IMG/VR virus record: IMGVR_UViG_3300031949_000059
Span: 1-48,579 of that record
Strand: one strand, 5' to 3'
Origin: a virus
Taxonomy: Duplodnaviria; Caudoviricetes
Length of the DNA stretch: 48,579 nt
In this document: positions 1-8,151 of the stretch, piece after piece
Position numbering within the stretch: position 1 is the stretch's first letter
Layout: each line of letters opens with the position of its first letter
Notes under the pieces: generated by a model
Database searches by the model: none
What the model saw: the letters and a program-made list of their open reading frames with translations, nothing else
Told to the model about the DNA's origin: nothing
Program-made: the position numbers and the translations under genes

Positions 1-188
1 CTTTCTTGGGTTTGCCTCTGGGCTAAGTCTAATAGTAGCCAGTCTTGCTGGTAAATACTACGTGGAGTCCCATACTGAGGTGGAAGATGCCACAGAGAAG
101 CCTCTAGGATGAGCTACAATGCATTTAAATAGGTCTAGGTAGGCTACCCTACGTTGGACATGAATAAGCCCCTTAAACAGGGGCTTTT
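1..188. repeat. Terminal direct repeat (circular assembly overlap), left copy
   Basis: nt 1-188 match 48392-48579 except C61 vs T48452; the repeat starts inside the holin gene. Confidence 0.95.
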
Positions 189-190
189 CT
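166..190. terminator. Likely bidirectional rho-independent terminator at the convergent holin/ligase junction
   Basis: AAGCCCC-TTAAACA-GGGGCTT hairpin followed by a T-run on +, located between converging arms. Confidence 0.75.
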
Positions 191-1069
191 TTATTGGTCT
201 ATCGGGGAACGTACACCAAGATATACTGGGTGTCGGGGTTTATCTAGCGCCCCTACGGGGAAGCGCTTATACTTAACTAGATTACCCGTCCATAGTATTC
301 TGTTATCCCATATCTCTTGCCGTAAGGCATCATCCATGCCAGTGCCTATATTGAAGGCTACCCCGGTTACCACATCCATAACCCGCAGTGCCCCCAGTGT
401 ACCCTTCGGGGTAAGGTTCTCTTGGTGTGATGAGCGTTTACTGTGCCCAAGGTTATCTTCCACCTGTTCATTGTTGTTCTGCATCTGTTCCTCAAATCCA
501 ATGATAGTAGCCTCACTATCAACAAACCGCTTGACTTTTAACAGCAGGCCCTCTTTAACTGTAGACCTACCAAACTTATACCGGCCATCAATCTTGCGGA
601 GGATAAGGCCCTCATACCCCTGCCCAAGAACATCCTCCTCATACTCAAGCAGTTCCTCCCCACAACACATAAGTTTTCTGGTGTGCTGGATAATACGGGG
701 GGTATGTGCCCGAGCAAGTAAATCAGATAACTGCTGCTCACGCAAAGCGTACCCCGCCATAGAGTCCCACAAGTCAAATACATAGTAGGTAAACTCAAAC
801 TCAGCCTTGTCTTGTGACATCACAGCAGACACTGTGTGGTTGTAGCACAGCTTGTCTGTAGGGCTTCCTACAATCAGTTCACCGTCAAACCCATTGTATT
901 CTGGTTTTCCAAGGACAGACTGAACATACGTATTGGGGATTGGTTTCAGCGACCTTGACAACACAACACCATCAACAACTAAAGCACGAACACCATCCAG
1001 TTTAGGTGAGGCTATCAACGGGAACACAAGTCTCTCTGGGTCGTGGTTACATGCAAGCATTGGTTTCAT
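191..1069 (-). CDS. lig: ATP-dependent DNA ligase
   Basis: KLDGVR motif I, FDGEL, YVFD, EGLILRK, LLKVKR motifs and C-terminal OB fold (IGTG...RHPVY); start placed at MKPMLA after AAGGA. Confidence 0.93.
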   Translation of the reverse strand: MKPMLACNHDPERLVFPLIASPKLDGVRALVVDGVVLSRSLKPIPNTYVQSVLGKPEYNGFDGELIVGSPTDKLCYNHTVSAVMSQDKAEFEFTYYVFDLWDSMAGYALREQQLSDLLARAHTPRIIQHTRKLMCCGEELLEYEEDVLGQGYEGLILRKIDGRYKFGRSTVKEGLLLKVKRFVDSEATIIGFEEQMQNNNEQVEDNLGHSKRSSHQENLTPKGTLGALRVMDVVTGVAFNIGTGMDDALRQEIWDNRILWTGNLVKYKRFPVGALDKPRHPVYLGVRSPIDQ

Positions 1070-1096
1070 ATAAATCCTTTCTTTTTCATACATGAT

Positions 1097-1134
1097 AAAG
1101 CCCAAGGACATTACATCCAAGGGCTTTTATTTTG
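1097..1134. terminator. Hairpin terminator
   Basis: AAAGCCC..GGA-loop-TCC..GGGCTTT followed by TATTTT on +; intergenic. Confidence 0.55.
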
Positions 1135-1152
1135 CCTGTTCGGGGTAGGCTA

Positions 1153-1353
1153 TTAGCCAAACACCCCGACACTAAGCAGTAAAGCAAATAACCACAGAAG
1201 TGCAACACCCACAACTACAACCTCCCCTGTAGTAACCCGGCGCAGTGGGTTGTACTTGCCTTCTGATTGTGCATAGGCAGAAAGGTTGGTAGCTGGGGTT
1301 GGTACTGGGTGACCCACCAAGTTCATTTTCTTAATCATATTCAAACCATTCAT
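1153..1353 (-). CDS. Small membrane protein
   Basis: AAGGAG RBS; C-terminal hydrophobic helix. Confidence 0.6.
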   Translation of the reverse strand: MNGLNMIKKMNLVGHPVPTPATNLSAYAQSEGKYNPLRRVTTGEVVVVGVALLWLFALLLSVGVFG

Positions 1354-1363
1354 AGTATTCTCC

Positions 1364-1477
1364 TTAGCTTACAAGTAAAACGAAACCATAAAGGATAGCT
1401 GATACACTTACAGATATGATAAGTGCTACCCCAAGAAAGTTACCTAATGCATATAGGTCAGATTTAAGGTCTATCAT
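1364..1477 (-). CDS. 37-aa membrane peptide (not in ORF track)
   Basis: GGGAG RBS; MIDLKSDLYALGNFLGVALIISVSVSAILMVSFLLVS fills the gap between genes. Confidence 0.5.
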   Translation of the reverse strand: MIDLKSDLYALGNFLGVALIISVSVSAILYGFVLLVS

Positions 1478-1497
1478 AATTACTCCCACAAAGCTGC

Positions 1498-2154
1498 TTA
1501 GTAAGTGAGGCCAAAAAGATAGCCGCACTGCTGGCCTATAGGGCAGGTATCAACGCCAGGCTCCATGTATATCTCGTTCTTCACGTTCAGGTAATATGTA
1601 GTGTTGGGTTGCAACCGGTACGCTCCGGGTTTGGTCTGGTTTATCGTGAATCCCATGTTTGCAGATTGGCTGCCCTTGGTCAAATAGCCAATCGGGTTGA
1701 TGAAGTTACACTGCTGCAATGACAGCGAGATAGTCTTCCGGGTGAGGTAATACTTGGTGCTCGAAAATTGCAACACACCTGCAATGGGAGTGCTGTTGTT
1801 TGGCGTGGTGAACTTGATTATAGACCATTGTCCGCGTCCGAGTGGCAGCACGAAACCCTTGCTCCTATCTGTCACGAAGTTAACTGCTGTCTGGATATTG
1901 CTGGGGTTAGCACATCCGGCAGGTGCTGGTGGAGGTGTTGCTGCCCCCACAGTAAAGGTGGTTGTGAATGAGGTATTATCCACAGCCACAGATACAGTGT
2001 GCTTTCCGGGGGGTAGCCGTGGGGTGGTGCAGGAAAGGCTAAACGAGGTGGCTGTTGCATTGGTTAATGTGCACACAGGTACTGCTGACGCTGACGTGCA
2101 CACCCCAAGGGTAAGCAACCCGGTAAACAGTGCTGTGATTATTTGTTTGTTCAT
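1498..2154 (-). CDS. Exported Cys-containing beta-rich protein
   Basis: AGGAG RBS; Sec signal peptide ending ASA; Thr-rich Ig/IPT-like segment, Pro linker, second domain with several Cys. Confidence 0.7.
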   Translation of the reverse strand: MNKQIITALFTGLLTLGVCTSASAVPVCTLTNATATSFSLSCTTPRLPPGKHTVSVAVDNTSFTTTFTVGAATPPPAPAGCANPSNIQTAVNFVTDRSKGFVLPLGRGQWSIIKFTTPNNSTPIAGVLQFSSTKYYLTRKTISLSLQQCNFINPIGYLTKGSQSANMGFTINQTKPGAYRLQPNTTYYLNVKNEIYMEPGVDTCPIGQQCGYLFGLTY

Positions 2155-2165
2155 GTATTCTCCTG

Positions 2166-2309
2166 TTATGCTGCTGCCATGTCATCTGTGAACTCAACCA
2201 CAACACGGAAGATAAAAAAATCAACCACCAGATACGTGGTAGGTTCCTCTGTTATAATTTCAAAGCCAAGAGAAACACCACAAATTATTTCAAATGAAAA
2301 GTCAATCAT
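2166..2309 (-). CDS. 47-aa hypothetical protein (not in ORF track)
   Basis: ATGA overlap with upstream stop; MIDFSFEIICGVSLGFEII... Confidence 0.5.
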   Translation of the reverse strand: MIDFSFEIICGVSLGFEIITEEPTTYLVVDFFIFRVVVEFTDDMAAA

Positions 2310-2524
2310 GCCATACCTATCCTATAATGTTTCAACTCCTGATAAATAGCACGCTGGGTGCCTTCTGCATTTACAAGCACAGCCCAGAACCGGCTGCTGA
2401 TTCTTCCGCCCTCTGAATATGTGTGCTTAACACCTGTGGTCTTTTCTGATAACCTTCGGGTAGTGCTTGGCTGTAGGGCTATCCGCGCAAACCTACGCAG
2501 TGCCTTTGCTTTCTTTAAATTCAT
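2306..2524 (-). CDS. Hypothetical basic protein
   Basis: AAGGAG RBS; ATGA coupling. Confidence 0.65.
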   Translation of the reverse strand: MNLKKAKALRRFARIALQPSTTRRLSEKTTGVKHTYSEGGRISSRFWAVLVNAEGTQRAIYQELKHYRIGMA

Positions 2525-2862
2525 ACTGGCTCCTTTATGTATTTGGTGATGTCTACACCAAGGCTGGATAAGGCTTCCTGTAAACCTATAGCCAGCGCAT
2601 CTATGCTATCCTCATTATGTGTCCCGTCTTTTTCCCTCAGTGTGCGCACACGGTATGCATCTACAATCTGATGCATTAGCTCGTGGTAGAAGGTGACTCC
2701 AAGTTCACCGGGAACTGGGGAGTTATACAGCCTCACCGTATGTCTATTGCTATCAGACTCCCCTAGTATAGCTGAGTTATCCCGGTCATCCCCCGCAACC
2801 AACCGCTTGTCTTCAAGCAGTTCAACTACTACCCGGATGCAGCCTACTTGCATTGTCCTCAT
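2521..2862 (-). CDS. Zincin-like (HExxH) putative metallopeptidase
   Basis: HELMH motif plus downstream E (NEDSIDAL), an IrrE/ImmA-like pattern. Confidence 0.6.
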   Translation of the reverse strand: MRTMQVGCIRVVVELLEDKRLVAGDDRDNSAILGESDSNRHTVRLYNSPVPGELGVTFYHELMHQIVDAYRVRTLREKDGTHNEDSIDALAIGLQEALSSLGVDITKYIKEPV

Positions 2863-3107
2863 GTGAGCGCCCTCAAACCCTTAAACGGGGTTGCCACATC
2901 CTCCACACCCTCCATGCTTTTCTGAAAACTACTGAGAATGGCACTTACCACAACTAGGGCAGCGTATACACAGGGTTGTGTGGTACCCAATAGGTCGGCG
3001 TCGTCTGTTATAGGTGGGTCAAAAGCCACCCCAATCTCAGCATGTCCGGGTGCCTCTACAGAGTCCTTAAAAACAATTGTTATTTGGTTTGCCTTGTAGT
3101 CACTCAT
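2859..3107 (-). CDS. Hypothetical protein
   Basis: Overlapping start/stop with neighbours; GGAG RBS. Confidence 0.6.
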   Translation of the reverse strand: MSDYKANQITIVFKDSVEAPGHAEIGVAFDPPITDDADLLGTTQPCVYAALVVVSAILSSFQKSMEGVEDVATPFKGLRALT

Positions 3108-3630
3108 TGGTTCTCTCCTTCTGCTGTTTCTGTATCTCTGTCAGTTTCTTGATGTACCCCAAGCACAGCTTGTCTTGGTCTACTACTTGGTCTGCTTTGT
3201 TGGCTTGGTCAAGAAGAAATCTACTAAGTTCTTCTGAAAGTCTTGTCCTGCCGGTTCCTGTTGTAGTGCTGCTGGAATCTCCGGCAGTGGTATCATTTCT
3301 GGTGGGGGGCACAGTGTTGTTGTCATACAACCCGCCATGCTGCTTAACAAGATTCCGATACTTATCCAGTTCGGACTCCCGTTTCTTTTTGTTTGCATTG
3401 TTTTGCTCCTCTACCTTGTTGGCAAACCCCTGCAAGGTCTGCTTGGTTTGTGCTACTTCCTTTTGGTATTGGACAATAACTGCCTGCTGTTGGTTCTGTA
3501 TGGTTAGCAGTTCATTATCAGCTTTTGTCCCCCGCTGGCTCCAACCGGCTGAGTATCCTACAATGAGGACAGCCAAGATAACAAGTATCTTTGCGGCTAG
3601 TTGGTATTGTATAGGTATAAACCCAAACAT
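3100..3630 (-). CDS. Rz: Inner-membrane spanin (Rz-like)
   Basis: N-terminal TM helix, long coiled coil, C-terminal Cys, and an embedded lipoprotein gene. Confidence 0.75.
   Translation of the reverse strand: MFGFIPIQYQLAAKILVILAVLIVGYSAGWSQRGTKADNELLTIQNQQQAVIVQYQKEVAQTKQTLQGFANKVEEQNNANKKKRESELDKYRNLVKQHGGLYDNNTVPPTRNDTTAGDSSSTTTGTGRTRLSEELSRFLLDQANKADQVVDQDKLCLGYIKKLTEIQKQQKERTNE
3183..3398 (-). CDS. Rz1: Outer-membrane spanin lipoprotein (Rz1-like), embedded out of frame in Rz
   Basis: GGAG RBS; basic N-terminus, hydrophobic stretch, lipobox MAGC, Pro-rich mature part (CPPPEMIPLPEIPAAL). Confidence 0.75.
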   Translation of the reverse strand: MQTKRNGSPNWISIGILLSSMAGCMTTTLCPPPEMIPLPEIPAALQQEPAGQDFQKNLVDFFLTKPTKQTK

Positions 3631-4001
3631 TATATTCCTTTCAATCGGGCGTACTCACGGCATAGCGTCCGGGTTATATTACCTATGATATATGCCTCTT
3701 CCTCTGTACCGGGGTGATGCTCACCAATGTACTCAAAGTAGTGTTGCTTGATGTGGGTAGCCTCGTGTGCTAGTGAACCCACTACGTCACTACCGTTCGT
3801 GTTATCCCCTTCACAGCACACCACACAGGCCATCCCTCCTGTGGCGTTTTCGTATGTATGCGTGGATGCACTACTTCCGGGGCTTAACCACTCCTCTGGG
3901 GTTGTTAGCCTCAGGTGCCTTCGGGCTTTCTTAAAGTCGGCCTCAGTCAAGCATAAAGTTAAACATGGTAGCTCCATTCCAGTACGGTCTAGCCATTTCA
4001 T
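3630..4001 (-). CDS. Zincin-like (HExxH) protein
   Basis: AHEATH plus EEEAY; start at MKWLD with ATGA overlap and AAGGAG RBS. Confidence 0.6.
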   Translation of the reverse strand: MKWLDRTGMELPCLTLCLTEADFKKARRHLRLTTPEEWLSPGSSASTHTYENATGGMACVVCCEGDNTNGSDVVGSLAHEATHIKQHYFEYIGEHHPGTEEEAYIIGNITRTLCREYARLKGI

Positions 4002-4660
4002 AATTTGCTCCTTCTTTCTTTTTCGTCCAACACCATTTCGATTGTGCCTGCATACCCACACACATCTACAAGGTTATCCCGCTTTGGTTTGTTACACTCC
4101 CGGCTTATCTTGAGGGCAATCATACAAAGCCCAACTTCCTCTGGTGTAACTGTTGTCAGCCCTAAGATAGCTGCCCACATCTTTGCTGTCCGTGTGAAAT
4201 CATCTAGGGGGTGCCCATAATCCCCTCGCCTGTCCCCATGGATAAGGTTTTCTGCTTCCTGTAAAATACTTTCCTTTGGTTCCCCTACTGGGAAGTCCGC
4301 ATAATACTCGGCTACTGCTAGATAGGCTACTGGGATACCGTGGTCGCGGGCATACTTTATTTCCTCAGTTACACCACTACTAGACAACCACCCCGGCAAG
4401 CAGAGAACAAAAAGTTTCTGTGCATATTGTAGTATAGCTATATCCTGCTTCATCCAGAAGTCGTGCTTGTCTACCTTTACCAACCCCTCCAGCGGGTATG
4501 TATGGGCTATGGGGCAGAATACATTATAACCCTCCTCCATTAGTTGAACTGCTTTCTGCTGTACTGCTGCTACACGCGCCTCACGGACAGACTTAAATGG
4601 GTGGCTGTAAGGTGACGCCAAGTAAACAAAACCATCGCTCTTATTCTGCTGGGTAGACAT
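3998..4660 (-). CDS. Fusion of DUF1937 (nucleoside deoxyribosyltransferase-like) and DUF6378-like (helical NTP pyrophosphohydrolase-like) domains
   Basis: YLASPYSHP...FCPIAH...GW..S.GV..E, then ILQEA..LIHGDR...YG.P...LKISRE...DN.VD..GYA. Confidence 0.7.
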   Translation of the reverse strand: MSTQQNKSDGFVYLASPYSHPFKSVREARVAAVQQKAVQLMEEGYNVFCPIAHTYPLEGLVKVDKHDFWMKQDIAILQYAQKLFVLCLPGWLSSSGVTEEIKYARDHGIPVAYLAVAEYYADFPVGEPKESILQEAENLIHGDRRGDYGHPLDDFTRTAKMWAAILGLTTVTPEEVGLCMIALKISRECNKPKRDNLVDVCGYAGTIEMVLDEKERRSKL

Positions 4661-4895
4661 CACCATTCTCCTTAATTTTTCTGTTCTCATAGGGCACTGC
4701 CACACGTCTATAAAACTCCAACTTTGCACCCTCTAGCGCACCAATAACATCGTTTATTGTCTGGTATGATAGGTTGTTGTACTCTATATAGTTGAGTAGT
4801 TGTAGCGTAAGTTTATAGTTAAGTTCCCCGGCTGTATGTGGATGCACAAACCCCAATTGCAGGTTAGTTCTAGTGTGCTCTGTTACGTATGGCAT
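4641..4895 (-). CDS. DUF6899-like conserved phage protein
   Basis: MPY...GELNY...GALE.AKLEFYRR...PYE..KI.ENGDVY signature. Confidence 0.7.
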   Translation of the reverse strand: MPYVTEHTRTNLQLGFVHPHTAGELNYKLTLQLLNYIEYNNLSYQTINDVIGALEGAKLEFYRRVAVPYENRKIKENGDVYPAE

Positions 4896-5671
4896 TATCC
4901 ATACCTCCTTTTTATTTCATCTATACCCACCCATGAGAATGAGCCTATATTGCCCTTATCCACATCCTTTAACAGTAGGATACCCCGGTCATAGAAGATG
5001 TGTGCCTTTGTCCACTCCGGGTTGTAATCAAAGTAGCATCCAGCCATGAACGCATACACCTTGCCTTGCGGGCCTACCTCATGCCTCATTTGAAAGTAAT
5101 GGGTGTGTCCCTGCACGCATGATTGGTGGAACCTCTTGAGCATGGTCACCGTGGGATATAGTCCACCTAATGGTTTTCCCATCACCCCACCCATAAAGTA
5201 ATGGGTAAAACAAATACCCTCAATGTCTATGGTATCCCCAAACGGGACATACTCCCAACCAAGTTCCCTGTAGCCCAAATCCCAGTGGCTGATAAGGCCA
5301 TCCAGCATTGCCTCGCAGGCTATAGTGCGGGTAATCCGTGCCTCATCGTGGTTACCTCCCAATGCAACAAAGCGGGGTTCCCAGTGCTTACCATGCTGCT
5401 TCCGCAATCTGGCCGATAACTCATCTGCTGGTTCCTTAACCCTCTTCCGTGCGTCTATCGCACACTCAATGTCTTTGAGATACCGCCGGCCCTCATACGA
5501 CTTCTTCCCAAAATCATAGGAAGAAAGACTGGGCATATCAGCAAAGTCACCTATGTCCACAATAACGTCTGGGTGCTCTGCCACAATCATCTTTCCAAGC
5601 CAGTCAAAGCGGGTGTTTGGGAAGTCTGGGTGGGCATGAGCATCACCAATAACCAAAATTGTCTTACCCAT
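4895..5671 (-). CDS. Calcineurin-like metallophosphoesterase
   Basis: DAH, GDFAD, GNHD, FTH and GHTH motifs. Confidence 0.88.
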   Translation of the reverse strand: MGKTILVIGDAHAHPDFPNTRFDWLGKMIVAEHPDVIVDIGDFADMPSLSSYDFGKKSYEGRRYLKDIECAIDARKRVKEPADELSARLRKQHGKHWEPRFVALGGNHDEARITRTIACEAMLDGLISHWDLGYRELGWEYVPFGDTIDIEGICFTHYFMGGVMGKPLGGLYPTVTMLKRFHQSCVQGHTHYFQMRHEVGPQGKVYAFMAGCYFDYNPEWTKAHIFYDRGILLLKDVDKGNIGSFSWVGIDEIKRRYG

Positions 5672-5811
5672 TATTTCTCCTTTGACTGTTTAACGAGGGC
5701 TTTTATTTCATACCATGTATTTATTCCTACCCGAGCAAACATCTCAATAGCCACAAGGAGCAACAGAAGTGTTCCGACTACTTCGATAATATAACTATTT
5801 ATATGCTCCAA
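5671..5811 (-). CDS. 46-aa membrane peptide (TTG start; not in ORF track)
   Basis: GAGGAG upstream; one hydrophobic helix; TAATG coupling to the next gene. Confidence 0.4.
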   Translation of the reverse strand: MEHINSYIIEVVGTLLLLLVAIEMFARVGINTWYEIKALVKQSKEK

Positions 5812-6186
5812 TTAGAACTCCTCTGTTATCCAACCACCACCCCGGCACTTGGCTTCTGCTTTAATTGCGATAAATTGAAATGGGAACATTGCTGCTGCCA
5901 CTTTAATCTTGGCTCTGGCATCACCTATCCAATGCCCCTTAACCTCGTGCTGCTGCACCTCACCAGAGGAAAGCATCACATTGAAGTCAGGGGTATAGGT
6001 GCAGCCCTTGGCTAGTTTAAATGTCATGCCCTCAAACTTGTACCATAAGACCGCACCCTTTGCTTTTAGTTCCTCAAGGTAATCTGCGTATTTCTTTTCC
6101 ATGGGGTTCATCACCCCATATTTAAGTCGGCCTAATGCTAGTGTCTTTGCACCACTATGCTGTTGTCTCACTCTTTTTATCCTCAT
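5812..6186 (-). CDS. DUF1064-family PD-(D/E)xK endonuclease (putative resolvase)
   Basis: E..Y...L, YTPDF, EVKG motifs. Confidence 0.8.
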   Translation of the reverse strand: MRIKRVRQQHSGAKTLALGRLKYGVMNPMEKKYADYLEELKAKGAVLWYKFEGMTFKLAKGCTYTPDFNVMLSSGEVQQHEVKGHWIGDARAKIKVAAAMFPFQFIAIKAEAKCRGGGWITEEF

Positions 6187-6391
6187 CTAGCACAATTAAA
6201 TCACAGCCACTTGGCCGGTCTTTCCCAAAGCCACTACCATCCTTGTACCATGTAGCTGTGTACCACACACCCTGACTTAGATACACCCCAAAGTAATTGG
6301 GTTCCTGATTGTCAAAGTAGGCAAACAGCATGACGGGCAGGCCACTCCGGGTGCAAAGGTTGCTATGCTCTATCTGTGGGTTGTCTAACAT
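6155..6391 (-). CDS. Hypothetical protein
   Basis: AAGGA RBS before MLDNPQ; overlaps neighbours. Confidence 0.5.
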   Translation of the reverse strand: MLDNPQIEHSNLCTRSGLPVMLFAYFDNQEPNYFGVYLSQGVWYTATWYKDGSGFGKDRPSGCDLIVLDEDKKSETTA

Positions 6392-6575
6392 CGGTTCGTC
6401 CTTTCTTGGGACTCCACGAAGCTCCACTAGAACCACATGCCCCACCCTGTTCCCTTGCGACCATGCAGGTAGTTTGATGTAGGCTGCATGTGGACGCCTC
6501 GGTAATGCTCTGGGCTATATCCCCATGCACACAGTTACTACAAAACTTAATCACAGAAATGTCGGGATTGTCCAT
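6363..6575 (-). CDS. Small Cys-rich (Zn-binding) protein
   Basis: AGGAG RBS; CxxC..C..C..C. Confidence 0.55.
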   Translation of the reverse strand: MDNPDISVIKFCSNCVHGDIAQSITEASTCSLHQTTCMVAREQGGACGSSGASWSPKKGRTDVRQPTDRA

Positions 6576-7324
6576 AATTCTCCTACATGCTTTCTAATAA
6601 ATACAACCCTGCCAACCACTGTGATTAGCTCCTCCAGCTCATCTACATTGAGGTTGGGGAAGCACTGCTCATATGTTTCCCACACCACCTGCATCATGGC
6701 CTCTTCATCCCCGGTTACCGGGTCTAGCAGTTTCTCTGCTTTCTTCGGGCCTATGCCGGGGCATCCTGAAATACCATCTGTGCTATCCCCCATGAGAAGC
6801 TGTTTATAAAAGAAGTAAAGCCCCTCCTCCTCTGTTATTTCAGAAAACTCTTTCTTCACAAAGTTGTAGTGTCTACCTGCTATCTGGTGAAGGTCTTTAT
6901 CAATTGAGCAGATAATGGACTCATCATCTGTCCGACAGCACTCAAACCTGTTATATCTTGTCTGCTCAATCCCAAGCAGGTCATCTGCCTCTTCCCCCAC
7001 AGCCCTTAATGCTGACCATGCTTGTATAAGGAAGTCGTTTAACTGCTTGAGAAGAATAGGCCGTGCTACATCCTTCCGGTTGGCTTTATACTCGGGGTAC
7101 ACTGTCTTGCGAAAGTTCCCATCTGAGTCGGTAAGAAATACTTTATAGCTGGATGCTTTTGTCTCCTGAATAATGGCATCCATCATTTCATTAACTCGGG
7201 CATATCCTATCTCAACAGGGAGAACTACAATCTCCTTCTCTCCTGTGGTTGCGGAAATACCCACAGACTGACACGAAGCAGCACACCGGAAAGCGACTAT
7301 GTCACCATCAATAAGTGCTACCAT
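6551..7324 (-). CDS. 5'-3' exonuclease (T7 gp6/FEN-like)
   Basis: LIDGD, NFR...YP.YKANR, EADD, SIDKDL, GDSTDGI.GCPGIG (H3TH). Confidence 0.92.
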   Translation of the reverse strand: MVALIDGDIVAFRCAASCQSVGISATTGEKEIVVLPVEIGYARVNEMMDAIIQETKASSYKVFLTDSDGNFRKTVYPEYKANRKDVARPILLKQLNDFLIQAWSALRAVGEEADDLLGIEQTRYNRFECCRTDDESIICSIDKDLHQIAGRHYNFVKKEFSEITEEEGLYFFYKQLLMGDSTDGISGCPGIGPKKAEKLLDPVTGDEEAMMQVVWETYEQCFPNLNVDELEELITVVGRVVFIRKHVGELWTIPTFL

Positions 7325-7515
7325 GCCCCACTTACCAAGGTATAGCGGGTCTGTATCCGCTTAATAGCTATACCGCGCTCAAGCGGGTGGGTTGAATACC
7401 CATGCTGGTACACTGCATCACCGAGGATTTCAGCTACTGTTATGGGTGCGGCCTGACGGCGCTTGTCTTTGGCCAAGTATACCTGCCCTACTTTAACCTC
7501 TGGGTATGTTCTCAT
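7318..7515 (-). CDS. Hypothetical protein
   Basis: AGGAG RBS; ATGA coupling. Confidence 0.55.
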   Translation of the reverse strand: MRTYPEVKVGQVYLAKDKRRQAAPITVAEILGDAVYQHGYSTHPLERGIAIKRIQTRYTLVSGAW

Positions 7516-7700
7516 TTAATCTCTCCTGTTTGTGCATACTGGTTAAGGCTAACTTGTACATTATGCCAAAAAGCCCATCCTTGTGGTGTATCTTCCCACA
7601 CAAATGCTAACGGTAGACGGGATGCAGTAGATGCTGCCCATTCGTACGAGGCTGTCTTTGCTCTGTCTTTCCACCACCATGTTGGTTTTAATTCGCTCAT
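7512..7700 (-). CDS. Hypothetical Trp-rich protein
   Basis: AF.W..TPQG..FW motif seen in small phage proteins; AAGGAG RBS. Confidence 0.6.
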   Translation of the reverse strand: MSELKPTWWWKDRAKTASYEWAASTASRLPLAFVWEDTPQGWAFWHNVQVSLNQYAQTGEIK

Positions 7701-7954
7701 GATATGCTCCTTGCCTCTAACTTAGCCTCTGCTCGGGCTAATTTAAACTTTGTAATATCGGCCCTACGGGATTTCCGTGCCGCTCCATGGGGGGTGATAG
7801 CCTGAGCCTTGTCTTGTGCTGCTGTAACCCCCTTCTCGTGCCTTGCTACGCTCTTTTCCTTGTTCCGCACATCACGCCTGACAGCATTGTATGTAGCCAT
7901 GCTACCACCACGCTTACTCCGCCCAAACTTCCTGCCTTTCGCACCATCACTCAT
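7697..7954 (-). CDS. Highly basic small protein
   Basis: Start at MSDGAKG with ATGA overlap; R/K rich. Confidence 0.55.
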   Translation of the reverse strand: MSDGAKGRKFGRSKRGGSMATYNAVRRDVRNKEKSVARHEKGVTAAQDKAQAITPHGAARKSRRADITKFKLARAEAKLEARSIS

Positions 7955-8151
7955 GTCGCTTTCCTTATCTCGTATTCGTTTTCGGGGAACCGCGCCTGTA
8001 ACATAGAAACCCATGGTATAAGGGCCGCTTCTGGGGCAGAGAACAGCTTACCATACATCCTCACAGGAACCCAGCCTGCACTGTTTCCGGAGCCTTTAAC
8101 CCGACCCCAGCAAGTGCCATGTGCATTACTCGGGGAGGTGTACTTGGACAT
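7951..8151 (-). CDS. Hypothetical protein
   Basis: Start at MSKYTSP overlapping the end of the SSB-like gene. Confidence 0.45.
   Translation of the reverse strand: MSKYTSPSNAHGTCWGRVKGSGNSAGWVPVRMYGKLFSAPEAALIPWVSMLQARFPENEYEIRKAT

Noticed and set aside
1-188. End repeat as a T7-like physical terminal repeat
   Set aside because: It begins inside the holin gene at the convergent junction; an assembly overlap is the simpler explanation
326-341. TGGCATGGATGATGCC sigma54-like match on the minus strand
   Set aside because: Inside the 3' end of the ligase gene, explained by codons (GMDDA), lacks the final W, and has no gene downstream
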